48,259 nt of DNA from Candidatus Tectimicrobiota bacterium (lineage in GTDB: Bacteria; JACPUC01): assembly GCA_016192455.1 (NCBI GenBank), contig JACPUC010000028.1:62001-110259 (forward strand), in the 5' to 3' direction. Each line of letters opens with the position of its first letter. Positions within the stretch are counted from its first letter, which is position 1. This document shows, in pieces, positions 10,132 to 20,484 of the stretch. The notes beneath the pieces are model-generated. The model saw only the letters and a program-made list of their open reading frames with translations, made no database searches and had not been told where the DNA came from. Both the position numbers and the translations under genes were made by a program.

Positions 10132-11100
10132 ATGCCGCGCGCCCACCATACCGACTCCCTGACGCTTCGTCAGGTGGTGGCGCAGGCCACGACCCGGCTT
10201 CTCCAGGCAGGGGTGAGCGACACGCCGCGGCTCGACGCCGAGATTCTCTTTGCCCATCTGCTTCGCCGTCCACGGGAGTTCCTCTACCGGGAGGCCGACT
10301 GGCGGCCGGCACAGCCCCTGCTCACTGATTACGAGGATCTCCTGCGGCGGCGCCTCGCCCATGAGCCGGTGGCCTACATCACGGGCAAACGCGAGTTCTG
10401 GTCCATGACCTTCCGGGTCACCCCGGACGTTCTCATTCCCAGGCCGGAGACCGAGCGGCTCGTCGAGAGCCTCCTCGAAGCGGCTGCGGTCCACGCCGGC
10501 CGCGGCGTGCCATTGCGACTGCTGGACGTGGGAACCGGCAGCGGGATCATCGCCATCAGCGCCGCCCGCGAGCTGCCGGCCTGGCAGGTTGTGGCCCTTG
10601 ACGCCAGCCGCGCGGCGCTGCGCCTCGCCCAGGAGAATGCGCGCCGCCTCATTCCCGAACGCGCCGTCGCGGTGCTGGCGGCGGACGTGTTTGCCTTGCC
10701 GTTCGCGGCGCAGCCCTTCGCGATGGTCGCCGCGAACCTGCCGTACGTGGCAACGGCGGAGGTGGCCCTGCTCCCCCGCGAGGTGCACGACTACGAGCCG
10801 CGGTCCGCCCTCGACGGCGGTCCGGACGGCCTGCGTTGCATCAGCGCGCTGCTCGGGCAGGCGCCGCGCCTCCTCATTGACGGTGGCAGCCTGCACCTCG
10901 AGGTGGGCCTCGGGCAGGTCCCGGCGCTGCGGCGCCTGATCGAGGGGATGCCCTGGCTCTCCCTGGCGAAGGTGCTCCCCGATCTCGCCGGCATCGAGCG
11001 CGTGGCGGTGCTGCGGTACGCACAGAGCCTCGAGGCGCGAACGAGGCAACCGGCGGAGCGCTCCCCGGCGCGCCAACACGCTGCTGCCGCGCCGTCCTGA
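10132..11100 (+). CDS. prmC: release factor glutamine methyltransferase HemK/PrmC
   Basis: EPVAYITG, VLIPRPETE, LDVGTGSG, ANLPYV, EPRSALDGGPDGL; follows prfA. Confidence 0.96.
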   Translation: MPRAHHTDSLTLRQVVAQATTRLLQAGVSDTPRLDAEILFAHLLRRPREFLYREADWRPAQPLLTDYEDLLRRRLAHEPVAYITGKREFWSMTFRVTPDVLIPRPETERLVESLLEAAAVHAGRGVPLRLLDVGTGSGIIAISAARELPAWQVVALDASRAALRLAQENARRLIPERAVAVLAADVFALPFAAQPFAMVAANLPYVATAEVALLPREVHDYEPRSALDGGPDGLRCISALLGQAPRLLIDGGSLHLEVGLGQVPALRRLIEGMPWLSLAKVLPDLAGIERVAVLRYAQSLEARTRQPAERSPARQHAAAAPS

Positions 11101-11109
11101 GAGGCAGGT

Positions 11110-11152
11110 CCCCATGGGCCTTCGGCCCACCCGCGAAGAGATGAACATGGGG
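11110..11152. repeat. 43-nt structured intergenic repeat, copy 1
   Basis: ccccatgggccttcggcccacccgcgaagagatgaacatgggg; 39/43 identical to 20336-20378. Confidence 0.85.
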
Positions 11153-11273
11153 TTTACAGAGAGCAACCGTCTCTCATGTTGAAGGGATCGGCATCCTTGG
11201 TGCAGGGGCACCGCTTGCTGCGCCCCAGCGCGGCGGCTCAGAGGGGGGCGCGACTCGGAGGGAGCGACTGAGT

Positions 11274-11297
11274 GGGCGGGGCAAGCCCCGCCCCTAC
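11274..11297 (-). repeat. GTAG-type REP palindrome
   Basis: Reverse complement GTAGGGGCGGGGCTTGCCCCGCCC; near-identical to 20620-20643. Confidence 0.8.
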
Positions 11298-11462
11298 GGC
11301 TCTGCACATCCTGTCCGCTGTAAGACGCGCGGTGGCAAACCTCCAATGTCGTGAAATGAATCAGTTGGGGGTTCTTTTCCCGAGGCTCGGGCGCTCGCCG
11401 CGACGAGACCAACGAAGTGCTCCCCGCCACGCTTTCGCAGCCGCGCAGAAGGGCGGAGCGCC

Positions 11463-12728
11463 ATGGAGTGCATCGAGATCACCGGGGGCCGGCGGCTCTG
11501 CGGCGAGGTGCAGGTGAGCGGCGCCAAGAACGCCGCCCTGCCGCTCATCGCCGCCACCCTCCTCATGCCCGGCCGGCACGCCCTGCGCAACGTGCCGCGC
11601 CTGCGGGATGTCACGACCATCGCCACCTTGCTGGAAGGCTTCGGCGTCGCCATCACCCGTCAGGATGAGACGCTCTTCCTCGATACGCGCCACCTCCGGC
11701 ACGCCGAAGCCCCCTACGATCTGGTACGCACGATGCGCGCCTCGATCCTCGTGCTCGGCCCCCTTCTGGCCCGTCTGGGACGCGCCCGCGTGTCGCTCCC
11801 CGGCGGCTGCGCCATCGGCGCCCGCCCCGTAGACCAGCACCTCAAGGGGCTGGCGGCGATGGGAGCGGAGATTGCGCTGCGCCATGGCTATATTGAAGCC
11901 TCCGCGTCGCGACTGCGGGGCGTCCATTTCACCTTTGACATCGCCACCGTCACCGGCACCGAGAACCTCCTCATGGCGGCCGCCCTGGCGGAGGGGACGA
12001 CGGTCCTCGAAAACGCCGCCCGCGAACCCGAGGTGCAAAACCTCGCCGCTGGGCTGCGGCGCATGGGCTGCGCCATCGAGGGGGATGGGACGCCGCGCCT
12101 GTGCATCGAAGGGCGCCGCGAGTTGCGCGAGCTCGACATCGACATCATCCCGGATCGCGTCGAAGCCGGCACCCTCCTCATCGCGGCGGCGATCACCGGC
12201 GGAACCGTGACGGTACGCGGCTGCCGCGCCGAGCACCTTGGCGCTCTGCTCGAGAAGCTCGAAGCCACGGGCGCGCGCCTGGCGTGCGGGCACGACGGGG
12301 TGAGCGTAACCGCGCCCGAACGGCTGCGGCCGGTGGACATCACCACGCTCCCCTACCCCGGCTTCCCCACCGACCTGCAGGCGCAGGCGATGGCCCTGCT
12401 CTCGCTGGCGGCGGGAGACAGCGTCATCACCGAGACGGTGTTCGAGAACCGCCTCCTGCACACCGCCGAGCTGCGACGCATGGGGGCGAACATTCGCGTC
12501 GACGGGCGCACCGCCTGCGTGCGCGGCGTGCCGCGCTTGGAGGGCGCGACGGTCATGGCGACCGACCTGCGCGCCAGCGCCTGCCTCGTGCTGGCCGGGC
12601 TGGCGGCGGCGAACTCCACCCGGGTGCTCAGGGTCTACCATCTCGATCGCGGCTACGAGCGCCTCGACGAGAAACTGGCCAAGCTCGGCGCCGATATCCG
12701 CCGCGTGCGCATCCCGCAGGGCTACTGA
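11463..12728 (+). CDS. murA: UDP-N-acetylglucosamine 1-carboxyvinyltransferase
   Basis: SGAKNAALP, MRASILVLGPLLAR, LPGGCAIGARP (active-site Cys), PGFPTDLQAQ, ATDLRAS, HLDRGYE. Confidence 0.98.
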   Translation: MECIEITGGRRLCGEVQVSGAKNAALPLIAATLLMPGRHALRNVPRLRDVTTIATLLEGFGVAITRQDETLFLDTRHLRHAEAPYDLVRTMRASILVLGPLLARLGRARVSLPGGCAIGARPVDQHLKGLAAMGAEIALRHGYIEASASRLRGVHFTFDIATVTGTENLLMAAALAEGTTVLENAAREPEVQNLAAGLRRMGCAIEGDGTPRLCIEGRRELRELDIDIIPDRVEAGTLLIAAAITGGTVTVRGCRAEHLGALLEKLEATGARLACGHDGVSVTAPERLRPVDITTLPYPGFPTDLQAQAMALLSLAAGDSVITETVFENRLLHTAELRRMGANIRVDGRTACVRGVPRLEGATVMATDLRASACLVLAGLAAANSTRVLRVYHLDRGYERLDEKLAKLGADIRRVRIPQGY

Positions 12729-12792
12729 GCGCGCCGGGCGTCACTGGGGTCGGCAGCGGAAACCACGCCGGGGGGAAGCCGCGAGGCGGACG

Positions 12793-14094
12793 ATGCGCTG
12801 GATCGAAACCACAACACAGGATGCGCGCAAGGCGCTGCGCCGCCTCCTCGAGCGCGGGGCGGCGTGCCCGCCCGAGGTGGAGGCGGCGGTGCACGACATC
12901 ATCGCAACGGTGCGGCGCCGCGGCGATGCGGCCCTGCTGCGCTACACGCGCCAGTTTGACGGCTGGCGCCCGCGCGCCGAGAGCCTGCGCGTCTCGCCCG
13001 ACGAGGTGGAGGCCGCCTACGCCGCGGTGGGCAAGCGCGACCTGGCCGTGCTGCGCCAGGCGGCGCGGAATATCCGCCGCTTCCACCAGCGGCAGGGCCA
13101 GCGCTCCTGGATGATGAAGGCCGCCGACGGCGTGCGCCTCGGCATGCGGGTTGCGCCCATCGAGCGCGTCGGGGTGTACGTGCCGGGAGGCCAGGCCGCC
13201 TACCCGTCGTCGGTCCTCATGAACCTCATCCCCGCGGCCGTGGCCGAGGTTCCCCGACGCAGCATGTGCGTGCCCGCGCCGCAGGGCCGCCTCAACCCCT
13301 ACGTCCTCGTCGCCGCCGACCTGGCCGGGGCGCATCAGGTGTTCAAGATCGGCGGCGCCCAGGCCATCGCCGCCCTAGCGTACGGCACCCGCACGGTGCC
13401 GCGGGTGGATAAGATCGTCGGACCGGGCAACCTCTACGTTGCCACGGCGAAGCGCCTGGTGTACGGTCAGGTTGATATCGACATGATCGCCGGGCCGAGC
13501 GAGATCGTCGTGGTGGCCGACAGTTCTGCCAGCGCCCGCTACGTCGCGGCCGACCTGCTTTCCCAGGCCGAGCACAGCGGCAACGAGATGGCGGCGCTCC
13601 TCACCCCGGCGCGCGGGCTGGCCGAAGCAGTGCGGGGGGAGCTGGCCGGGCAGCTTCGTCGCCTGCCGCGGCGGCGGGAAGCAGCGCGCTCCCTGTCGCG
13701 CTTCGGCGCCCTCGTCGTCACGAGATCGCTGCGGGAGGCCTACGAGCTGGTGAACGAGCTGGCCCCGGAGCACGTCATCCTGGCGGTGCGCGACACCGAG
13801 GAGGGCCTTGCGGCGGTGCGCCACGCCGGCGCCATCTTCCTGGGCCACTACAGCCCGGAGACCATCGGCGACTACATGGCCGGTCCGAACCACGTGCTGC
13901 CGACGAACGGCACGGCGCGCTTCTTCTCGCCGCTGCAGGTGGAGCAGTTCCAGAAGAAGACGAGCGTCATCGCATACACGCGCGAGGGCCTGCGGCGGCT
14001 CGCCGCCCCCGTGATGCGCTTCGCCGAGATCGAAGGGCTGACGGCTCACGCCGAGGCGGTGCGGGTGCGGCTGAGCGATTCCGAGAACCTGTGA
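12793..14094 (+). CDS. hisD: histidinol dehydrogenase
   Basis: GVYVPGG, GGAQAIAALAYGT, KIVGPGN, IDMIAGPSE, DLLSQAEH, GDYMAGPNHVLPT. Confidence 0.98.
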   Translation: MRWIETTTQDARKALRRLLERGAACPPEVEAAVHDIIATVRRRGDAALLRYTRQFDGWRPRAESLRVSPDEVEAAYAAVGKRDLAVLRQAARNIRRFHQRQGQRSWMMKAADGVRLGMRVAPIERVGVYVPGGQAAYPSSVLMNLIPAAVAEVPRRSMCVPAPQGRLNPYVLVAADLAGAHQVFKIGGAQAIAALAYGTRTVPRVDKIVGPGNLYVATAKRLVYGQVDIDMIAGPSEIVVVADSSASARYVAADLLSQAEHSGNEMAALLTPARGLAEAVRGELAGQLRRLPRRREAARSLSRFGALVVTRSLREAYELVNELAPEHVILAVRDTEEGLAAVRHAGAIFLGHYSPETIGDYMAGPNHVLPTNGTARFFSPLQVEQFQKKTSVIAYTREGLRRLAAPVMRFAEIEGLTAHAEAVRVRLSDSENL

Positions 14095-14115
14095 AGGGTG
14101 GAGCGTCGGGGAAGG

Positions 14116-15228
14116 ATGCACGGTTCCATGCAACGAACTCCTATCTGCCGCTACGCGCGGCCGCGCATCGCCGCCATGTCGGCCTACTCCCTGAAGCAGC
14201 GCCCCTGCCGCGTGCGCTTGAACGCCAATGAGCTCGGCTACCCCCTGCCCGAGGAGCTGCGCGAGCTGCTCATGGAGAGACTGCGCCGGGTGGAGCTGCA
14301 CCGCTACCCCGACCCCGAAGCCAGCGAGCTGCGCGAGACGTTGGCGCGGTTCCATGACCTCGAAAGCTCCAACATCCTGGTAGGGAACGGCTCGGATGAG
14401 TTCATCACGTTGGTGCTGGCCGCTTTTGCGGAGCCGCCGGCCAGGGTTTTGGCGCCGATCCCTACCTTCAGCGTCTACCACATGGCCGCAACCATCCTGG
14501 GACACGAGGCGCTGGAGGTGCCGCTGACGAAGGACTGGCATCTCGACGCGGAGCGCATGCTCGACGCGGTCCGGAGGTATCGGCCGGCCGTCACCTTCCT
14601 CAGCTCTCCGAACAACCCCACGGGCAACTTGTTCGACGAAGCAGTCATGCGCGCCATCGTCACGGAGAGCCCGGGGATCGTGGTGCTGGATGAAGCCTAC
14701 GGCGTGTACGGAGCGCGCACTTACCTGCCCTGGCTGGACGAGTATCCCAACGTCCTGGTGCTGAAAACGATGTCCAAGGTAGGTCTGGCGGGAACGCGCC
14801 TGGGTTTTCTCGTGGGCCGGCGGGAGGCCATCCACGAGGTGAACAAGGTGCGCCCCCCCTACAACGTCAACGCCATGACGCAGGCGGTGGTGGGCCTCGT
14901 GCTGGAGCGCTACGAGCTGGTGGCGCCGCTCATCGCGGCGGTCATCGAGGAGCGGCGGCGTCTATCGGCCTGGTTGGGCAAGCAGCCGGGAGTGACCGCC
15001 TTCCCGTCGGATGCGAACTTCATCCTCTTCCGCGTGCACCCTGATGCGACCTGGGGCGATGCCGTCCGGCTCCACGAGGCGCTCATGGACCGGGAGGTGC
15101 TGCTGCGCGCCTTTCCCGGCCACCCGCTCCTGCACGACTGCCTGCGGGTGACCATCGGCCAGCCGCAGGAGAACGCCGCCTTCCGGGAAGCGCTCACCGT
15201 ACTGCTGGCAAGCGGCAGGGAGGGGTGA
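14116..15228 (+). CDS. hisC: histidinol-phosphate aminotransferase
   Basis: LNANE, RYPDP, GNGSDE, SPNNPTG, VLDEAY, KTMSK (PLP Lys); start could be 14098 or 14128. Confidence 0.96.
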   Translation: MHGSMQRTPICRYARPRIAAMSAYSLKQRPCRVRLNANELGYPLPEELRELLMERLRRVELHRYPDPEASELRETLARFHDLESSNILVGNGSDEFITLVLAAFAEPPARVLAPIPTFSVYHMAATILGHEALEVPLTKDWHLDAERMLDAVRRYRPAVTFLSSPNNPTGNLFDEAVMRAIVTESPGIVVLDEAYGVYGARTYLPWLDEYPNVLVLKTMSKVGLAGTRLGFLVGRREAIHEVNKVRPPYNVNAMTQAVVGLVLERYELVAPLIAAVIEERRRLSAWLGKQPGVTAFPSDANFILFRVHPDATWGDAVRLHEALMDREVLLRAFPGHPLLHDCLRVTIGQPQENAAFREALTVLLASGREG

Positions 15229-15324
15229 CGGGGTGCGCTGGAGAGGCGCGCGCCGCGCTCCGGCGCAGGGCCAGGGAGCACAGGGCAGCGGCAACGACGC
15301 AACGATCACCATGGGGGAGTCACC

Positions 15325-15912
15325 ATGGGGCGGGTAGCGGAGATCACGAGAACGACGCAGGAGACGGACATCCAGGTGCGGCTCGACCTCGACGGCAGCG
15401 GCAAATACGATGTGCAGACGGGCATCCCGTTCCTCAACCACATGCTGGAGCAGTTCGCGCGGCACGGCTTCTTCGATCTCAGCCTGCGGGCCGCGGGCGA
15501 CCTCGAGGTGGACAGCCACCACACCGTCGAGGATGTCGGCATCTGCCTGGGCCAGGCGCTGGCGCAGGCGAGCGGCGATCGCCGCGGCATCCGGCGCTTC
15601 GGCGAGGCGCGCGTGCCCCTCTCCGAGACGCTCGTCTCCGTCGTCCTCGACCTCTGCGGGCGGCCGTACCTCGTCCTGCGGGGCGATCTGCCGGAGACCA
15701 CGATCGGCGCCTTCCGCACGGGGCTGGTGGTCGATTTCTTCAAGGCGTTCACGGACCACGCCGGGCTGACCCTGCACGTGGTGATCGACCATGGGCGGAA
15801 CGCCCACCATATCGTCGAGTGCCTCTTCAAGGCCGTGGCCCGGGCGCTCGATGCGGCGACGCGGCCCGACGAGCGCCTCGCCGGGGTGCTCTCCACGAAA
15901 GGCGTGTTGTAA
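15325..15912 (+). CDS. hisB: imidazoleglycerol-phosphate dehydratase
   Basis: TGIPFLNHML, DSHHTVEDVG, NAHHIVE, STKGVL. Confidence 0.98.
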   Translation: MGRVAEITRTTQETDIQVRLDLDGSGKYDVQTGIPFLNHMLEQFARHGFFDLSLRAAGDLEVDSHHTVEDVGICLGQALAQASGDRRGIRRFGEARVPLSETLVSVVLDLCGRPYLVLRGDLPETTIGAFRTGLVVDFFKAFTDHAGLTLHVVIDHGRNAHHIVECLFKAVARALDAATRPDERLAGVLSTKGVL

Positions 15913-16040
15913 GTCGTGAACGAGCGCCGGGGTGACGGCGCTTGCCGATCGACGCGCGGCAGAAGGCCGCGTCGCCCGGCCGCGCGGCTTCATGATTCGC
16001 CTTGCCGGTGTCGTTTCGCAATGAGCTGAGGACCTCTCCC

Positions 16041-16784
16041 ATGCTGGCGGTGGTTGACTACGAGATGGGCAACCTGCGCAGCGTCGCCAAGGCCTTCGAG
16101 CGGCTCGGCCAGGCCGTCGAGGTGACCAGCGACCCCCAGCGCCTGCTGGCGGCCGAGGGCATCGTGCTGCCCGGCGTCGGCGCCTTCGGCGACTGCATGG
16201 GGAACCTCGAGCGGCACGGCCTGGTGGACCCCCTGCGCCGCCTCATCGCCGCCGGCCGGCCCTACCTCGGCATCTGCCTGGGGCTGCAGGTCCTCTTCGA
16301 GTGGAGCGAGGAATCCTCGAACGCCGCGGGCCGCGCCGGCCTGGGCGTGCTGCCCGGCGTCGTGCGCCGCTTCCCAAGCGGGCTGAAGGTTCCCCACATG
16401 GGCTGGAACCAGGTCCGCTTCACGCGCACGCCGCCCCTCTTCGACGGCATTGCGGACGACTCGTACTTCTATTTCGTCCACTCCTACTACGCTGTGCCAG
16501 CCGACGACTCGGTGGTGGCCGCCCGCACCGACTACGGAGAGGCGTTCGTCTCGGCCGTCTGGCGGCAGCGCCTCTTCGCCGTGCAGTTCCACCCCGAGAA
16601 GAGCCAACAGCTCGGCCTGCGCGTGCTGGAGAACTTCGCCGCCTTCTGCCGGCAGGCCGCGGCGACGACGCGGCTGCACAACCGGCCGGGAAACGGCCAC
16701 AGCGGGGAGTGGCGTGCCGACGTGAGCCGGACGAGCGTCAGCAAGGACGACGGGGCCCAGGATGCAGATTTACCCCGCCATTGA
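16041..16784 (+). CDS. hisH: imidazole glycerol phosphate synthase, glutaminase subunit
   Basis: VVDYEMGNLRSV, LPGVGAF, LGICLGLQ, VPHMGWN, YFVHSY, QFHPEKS. Confidence 0.97.
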   Translation: MLAVVDYEMGNLRSVAKAFERLGQAVEVTSDPQRLLAAEGIVLPGVGAFGDCMGNLERHGLVDPLRRLIAAGRPYLGICLGLQVLFEWSEESSNAAGRAGLGVLPGVVRRFPSGLKVPHMGWNQVRFTRTPPLFDGIADDSYFYFVHSYYAVPADDSVVAARTDYGEAFVSAVWRQRLFAVQFHPEKSQQLGLRVLENFAAFCRQAAATTRLHNRPGNGHSGEWRADVSRTSVSKDDGAQDADLPRH

Positions 16785-17493
16785 TCTGCGCGGCGGCAAG
16801 TGCGTGCGGCTCGTGCAAGGGGATCCGCAACGGCAAACGGTCTTCTCCGACGACCCGGCCGCCATGGCGCTGCACTGGCGGCAGGCCGGCGCCACCTACC
16901 TGCACGTCGTGGACCTCGACGGCGCCTTCGACGGCTCCAGCGCGCAGCTCGCCACCATCGCCGCGATCGTTGAGGCCGCCGCCATCCCCGTCCAGGTCGG
17001 CGGCGGCCTGCGCAGCCTCGACGCCGTGCGCGACCTCTTCGCGGCGGGCGCCAGCCGGGCGATCATCGGCACGGCGGCGGTGCGGCAGCGCGACTTCCTG
17101 GAGCGGCTCTGCGAGGCTTTCCCCGGCCGCATCGCCGTCGGCATCGATGCGCGCAACGGCAAGGTGGCGGTGCGCGGCTGGCAGGAGATGACCGAGATCG
17201 CCGCGACGACCCTGGCGGAAGGTCTCGCCGGGCTGCCCCTGGCGGCGCTCATCTGCACGGACATCGCCACCGACGGCATGCTGCAGGGGCCGAACCTGGC
17301 GGCGCTGCGGCAGATGGCCGAAGCGGCGCCCTGCCCCATCATCGCCTCGGGAGGCGTCTCGACCATCGAGGACGTGCGCGCCCTGCGCCGGCTCGAACCA
17401 CTCGGCATCGCCGGGGCGATCATCGGCAAAGCGCTCTATACCGGCGCTCTGACTCTCGCGGCGGCCCTCGCGGCGGCGGTGCAGGATCGGTAG
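16762..17493 (+). CDS. hisA: ProFAR isomerase
   Basis: IYPAIDLRGGKCVRL, LHVVDLDGA, QVGGGLR, TDIATDGML, IASGGV. Confidence 0.97.
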   Translation: MQIYPAIDLRGGKCVRLVQGDPQRQTVFSDDPAAMALHWRQAGATYLHVVDLDGAFDGSSAQLATIAAIVEAAAIPVQVGGGLRSLDAVRDLFAAGASRAIIGTAAVRQRDFLERLCEAFPGRIAVGIDARNGKVAVRGWQEMTEIAATTLAEGLAGLPLAALICTDIATDGMLQGPNLAALRQMAEAAPCPIIASGGVSTIEDVRALRRLEPLGIAGAIIGKALYTGALTLAAALAAAVQDR

Positions 17494-17562
17494 GAAACGC
17501 CCGCCGCCTGGCCCGTTGGCCCAAATGCCCTGGCGGGCGGAGAAACAGCACGAGGTCCCGTA

Positions 17563-18408
17563 ATGCTTGCCAAGCGCATCATCCCCTGCCTGGACGTGAA
17601 GGCCGGCCGCGTGGTCAAGGGGATCAACTTCCTCGGCCTGCGGGACGCCGGGGATCCGGTCGAGGCGGCGGCGCTCTACGACGCGCAGGGCGCCGATGAG
17701 CTGACCTTCCTCGACATCACCGCCTCGCACGAGCAGCGCGACATCATGATCGACGTGGTGCGCCGGACGGCCGAGCAGGTCTTCATTCCGCTGACGGTGG
17801 GAGGCGGCATCGGCTCCCTCGAGGCGATCCGCGGCCTGCTGCTGGCGGGGGCCGACAAGGTCTCCATCAACACCGCGGCGGTGCGCGACCCCCAGTTCGT
17901 GCGGCGGGCGGCGGAGCGCTTCGGCACGCAGTGCATCGTGGTGGCGATCGACGCGAAGCGGCGCGCCGCAACCCCCAGCGGCGGGGCGAGCCAGGATGGG
18001 CCGACCGCGCCGCAGCAGCAGGGCGAGGCAGGGTGGGAGGTCTACACGCATGGGGGACGCATCCCCACCGGCCTCGATGCGCTGGCTTGGGCGCACCGCG
18101 TCGTCGAGCTGGGGGCGGGCGAGATTCTCCTCACGAGCATGGACCGCGACGGCACGAAGATCGGCTACGACCTCGAGCTCACCCGCGCCATCGCGGATGC
18201 CGTCAGCGTGCCGGTGATCGCCTCGGGCGGCGTCGGCACGGCCGAGCACCTGCTGGCGGGGATTCGCGAGGGACACGCCGATGCGGTGCTGGCGGCGTCG
18301 ATCTTCCACTACGGCGAGTATACCATCGGCGACGTGAAGCGCTTCTTGCATGCCGCCGGGGTGCCGGTTCGCCTGACCGCGGAGTCGGCCTCCCCCGCCG
18401 GCCCCTAG
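17563..18408 (+). CDS. hisF: imidazole glycerol phosphate synthase, cyclase subunit
   Basis: [46 protein letters not shown]. Confidence 0.98.
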   Translation: MLAKRIIPCLDVKAGRVVKGINFLGLRDAGDPVEAAALYDAQGADELTFLDITASHEQRDIMIDVVRRTAEQVFIPLTVGGGIGSLEAIRGLLLAGADKVSINTAAVRDPQFVRRAAERFGTQCIVVAIDAKRRAATPSGGASQDGPTAPQQQGEAGWEVYTHGGRIPTGLDALAWAHRVVELGAGEILLTSMDRDGTKIGYDLELTRAIADAVSVPVIASGGVGTAEHLLAGIREGHADAVLAASIFHYGEYTIGDVKRFLHAAGVPVRLTAESASPAGP

Positions 18409-18443
18409 GCGCCCCCGTCGCGACAGGAAGCGAGAGACCGCAG

Positions 18444-19151
18444 ATGCCTGAACGCCTTACCCTAGCCTTCGATGCCCGGGGCTTGGTCCCCGGCATCATC
18501 CAGGACGCGGAGAACGGCCAGGTGCTGATGCTCGCCTACGTCAATGGCGAGGCCCTGGCCAAGATGCTGGAGACCGGCGAGACGCACTTCTGGAGCCGCT
18601 CGCGCCAGATTCTCTGGCACAAAGGGGAGACCTCGGGGCATATCCAGAAGGTCCATGCCATCTTCCGCGACTGCGATGCGGACACGCTGCTCATCCAGGT
18701 GCACCAGACCGGCGTGGCCTGCCACCTCGGCACGCGGAGTTGCTTCACGCACCGCGTCGAGGACGGCCGCGCGGAGCCGGCGCCGCTCTTCGCCCCGCCT
18801 GCCGCGCCGCCCTCCGAGGCCGAGGGGGACATCCTGCGCCGGCTCTACGACGTGGTGCAGGACCGCAAGCAGAGCCGCCCGGAGGAGTCTTACGTGGCGA
18901 GCCTGTTCGCCAAAGGGCAGGACCGCATCCTGAAGAAGATCGCGGAAGAAGCCGGCGAGCTGATGCTGGCCTCGAAGAATGGCGCGCCCGATGCGATCAT
19001 CGCCGAGCTGGCCGATCTCTGGTTCCACAGTCTCATCGTGCTGGGGCATCACAACCTCGAGCCGCGGGCGGTGCTCGATGAGCTGCGGCGGCGCTTCGGC
19101 GTCTCCGGCCTGGTCGAGAAGGCGCAGCGCGGCGAACACGGAGCTGCCTGA
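18444..19151 (+). CDS. hisIE: bifunctional phosphoribosyl-AMP cyclohydrolase / phosphoribosyl-ATP pyrophosphatase
   Basis: [33 protein letters not shown], then [23 protein letters not shown]. Confidence 0.96.
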   Translation: MPERLTLAFDARGLVPGIIQDAENGQVLMLAYVNGEALAKMLETGETHFWSRSRQILWHKGETSGHIQKVHAIFRDCDADTLLIQVHQTGVACHLGTRSCFTHRVEDGRAEPAPLFAPPAAPPSEAEGDILRRLYDVVQDRKQSRPEESYVASLFAKGQDRILKKIAEEAGELMLASKNGAPDAIIAELADLWFHSLIVLGHHNLEPRAVLDELRRRFGVSGLVEKAQRGEHGAA

Positions 19152-19196
19152 GGAGGCGCCTTTGCGCGCCGCGAGCGGCCGCGAAAGGTGATCACC

Positions 19197-20147
19197 ATGG
19201 CTGAGCCGGGCGACCGATCGCCGCAGCCGAATCCCCCGCCTCCGCCCCCTGAGCATCCCGCGCCTGCGAATCCCGGCACGCCGCAAGCTTCCTCGAATGA
19301 TCCCTCCCGGGCGCCAATCGTCTGGACGGCCGAGGCTCGGCAGCGCGTCGAGAACGCCCCGGCTTTCGTGCGCGCCGGCATCCTGAAGCTCACCGAGCTG
19401 CGGGCGCGGGAGCGCGGTCTGCGCGCCATCACCTCGGAGTTCCTCACCGAAATCCGCAACGAGTCGATGCTGCGCGTCTCGAAGAGCATCAAGAAGTTCG
19501 GCTTCGAGGAGCTGAGCCTGGAGGCCTTCGAGGTGGCGAAGGAGAAGATGCGGCGCCACCCGCGCAAGGTGGAGGTGATCGGCGAGATTCAAGAGTTCCT
19601 GGCGCAGCGCACGGAACGCAACCAGGAGATCATGGAAAAGTTCGCCCGTTACCTGGAGATCGTGCCGAAGCAGGGCATCCCCTGGACGATGGAAGCGCTG
19701 CGGCGCCTGGAGGTGATGCCGCCCTTCGCGCGGCGGATGGCGAAGGAGGCGGTGGAAGAACAGGCCCGCAAGAGCCGCGAGGTGGTGATCTCCTCGACAT
19801 TCCTTGCAAAGGTCCTGAATGAACTGCTGCCCGACGCCCGTCGGTTCATGTCAGCGCTCGGCGGGGCTCTTCCCAATGCAGGTGGCGTGGGCGATGCGAG
19901 CGGAGCGCCAGCATCGGAAGAGGCGGCGCCCGACGCGAAGCACCTGGCCCCTCTGGAATCCCTCCCCATCACCATGCCCTGGGAAGAGGAGCCTCTGCGG
20001 CGCGTGCGGCGCGTGCCGCTCGATTTCATCAGGGAGCGGCTCATCCGGCGCGTCGAGGCCTACGCCCGGCGCCAGGACACCCCCACCGTCACCCTGGCGC
20101 ACTTCACGACCGCCAGGTTCCTGCCTGACGACGAAGAGCCTTCTTGA
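19197..20147 (+). CDS. protein with three PCP_red-like (protochlorophyllide reductase 57-kDa subunit C-terminal) domains
   Basis: Repeats WTAEARQRVENAPAFVR, WTMEALRRLEVMPPFAR and WEEEPLRRVRRVPLDFIR; AAGGTGA RBS before ATG 19197. Confidence 0.8.
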   Translation: MAEPGDRSPQPNPPPPPPEHPAPANPGTPQASSNDPSRAPIVWTAEARQRVENAPAFVRAGILKLTELRARERGLRAITSEFLTEIRNESMLRVSKSIKKFGFEELSLEAFEVAKEKMRRHPRKVEVIGEIQEFLAQRTERNQEIMEKFARYLEIVPKQGIPWTMEALRRLEVMPPFARRMAKEAVEEQARKSREVVISSTFLAKVLNELLPDARRFMSALGGALPNAGGVGDASGAPASEEAAPDAKHLAPLESLPITMPWEEEPLRRVRRVPLDFIRERLIRRVEAYARRQDTPTVTLAHFTTARFLPDDEEPS

Positions 20148-20287
20148 CGCCCTTCCCCTCGGCACCGGAGAGTCCGGCAGCATCGCCGCCGTCCCAGCCT
20201 GGTTGCTTTCGTGGCGCGCCGGTTCTCCCTCACCCCTGAGGCGACGTTCCGTCTCCAGGAGCTGCCGATGACGAAAGCGCCGGCATG

Positions 20288-20317
20288 AAAAAAACTGCCG
20301 GGCCCATCACCCGGCAG
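20288..20317 (-). terminator. intrinsic terminator of the minus-strand mrp/PCP_red unit
   Basis: On the minus strand: CTGCCGGG-tgatggg-CCCGGCAG followed by T7. Confidence 0.7.
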
Positions 20318-20335
20318 CTCGTTTCCGAAGCAATT

Positions 20336-20378
20336 CCCCATGGGCCTTCGGCCCGCTGGCGACGAGATGAACATGGGG
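20336..20378. repeat. 43-nt structured intergenic repeat, copy 2
   Basis: ccccatgggccttcggcccgctggcgacgagatgaacatgggg. Confidence 0.85.
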
Positions 20379-20484
20379 GAGGCTCGGCGGCGCCGTTTCC
20401 AGAACGGCGCCGACCATTCCTTGGTACGCGCCGGGGTACGCGCCAGTCTGTCGGAGGAGAGAACCGTGGATGATCGCCGCTGGG

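Noticed and set aside
9217-11430. 737-aa minus-strand ORF
   Set aside because: Antisense to prfA/prmC, no motifs; long shadow ORFs are expected at high GC
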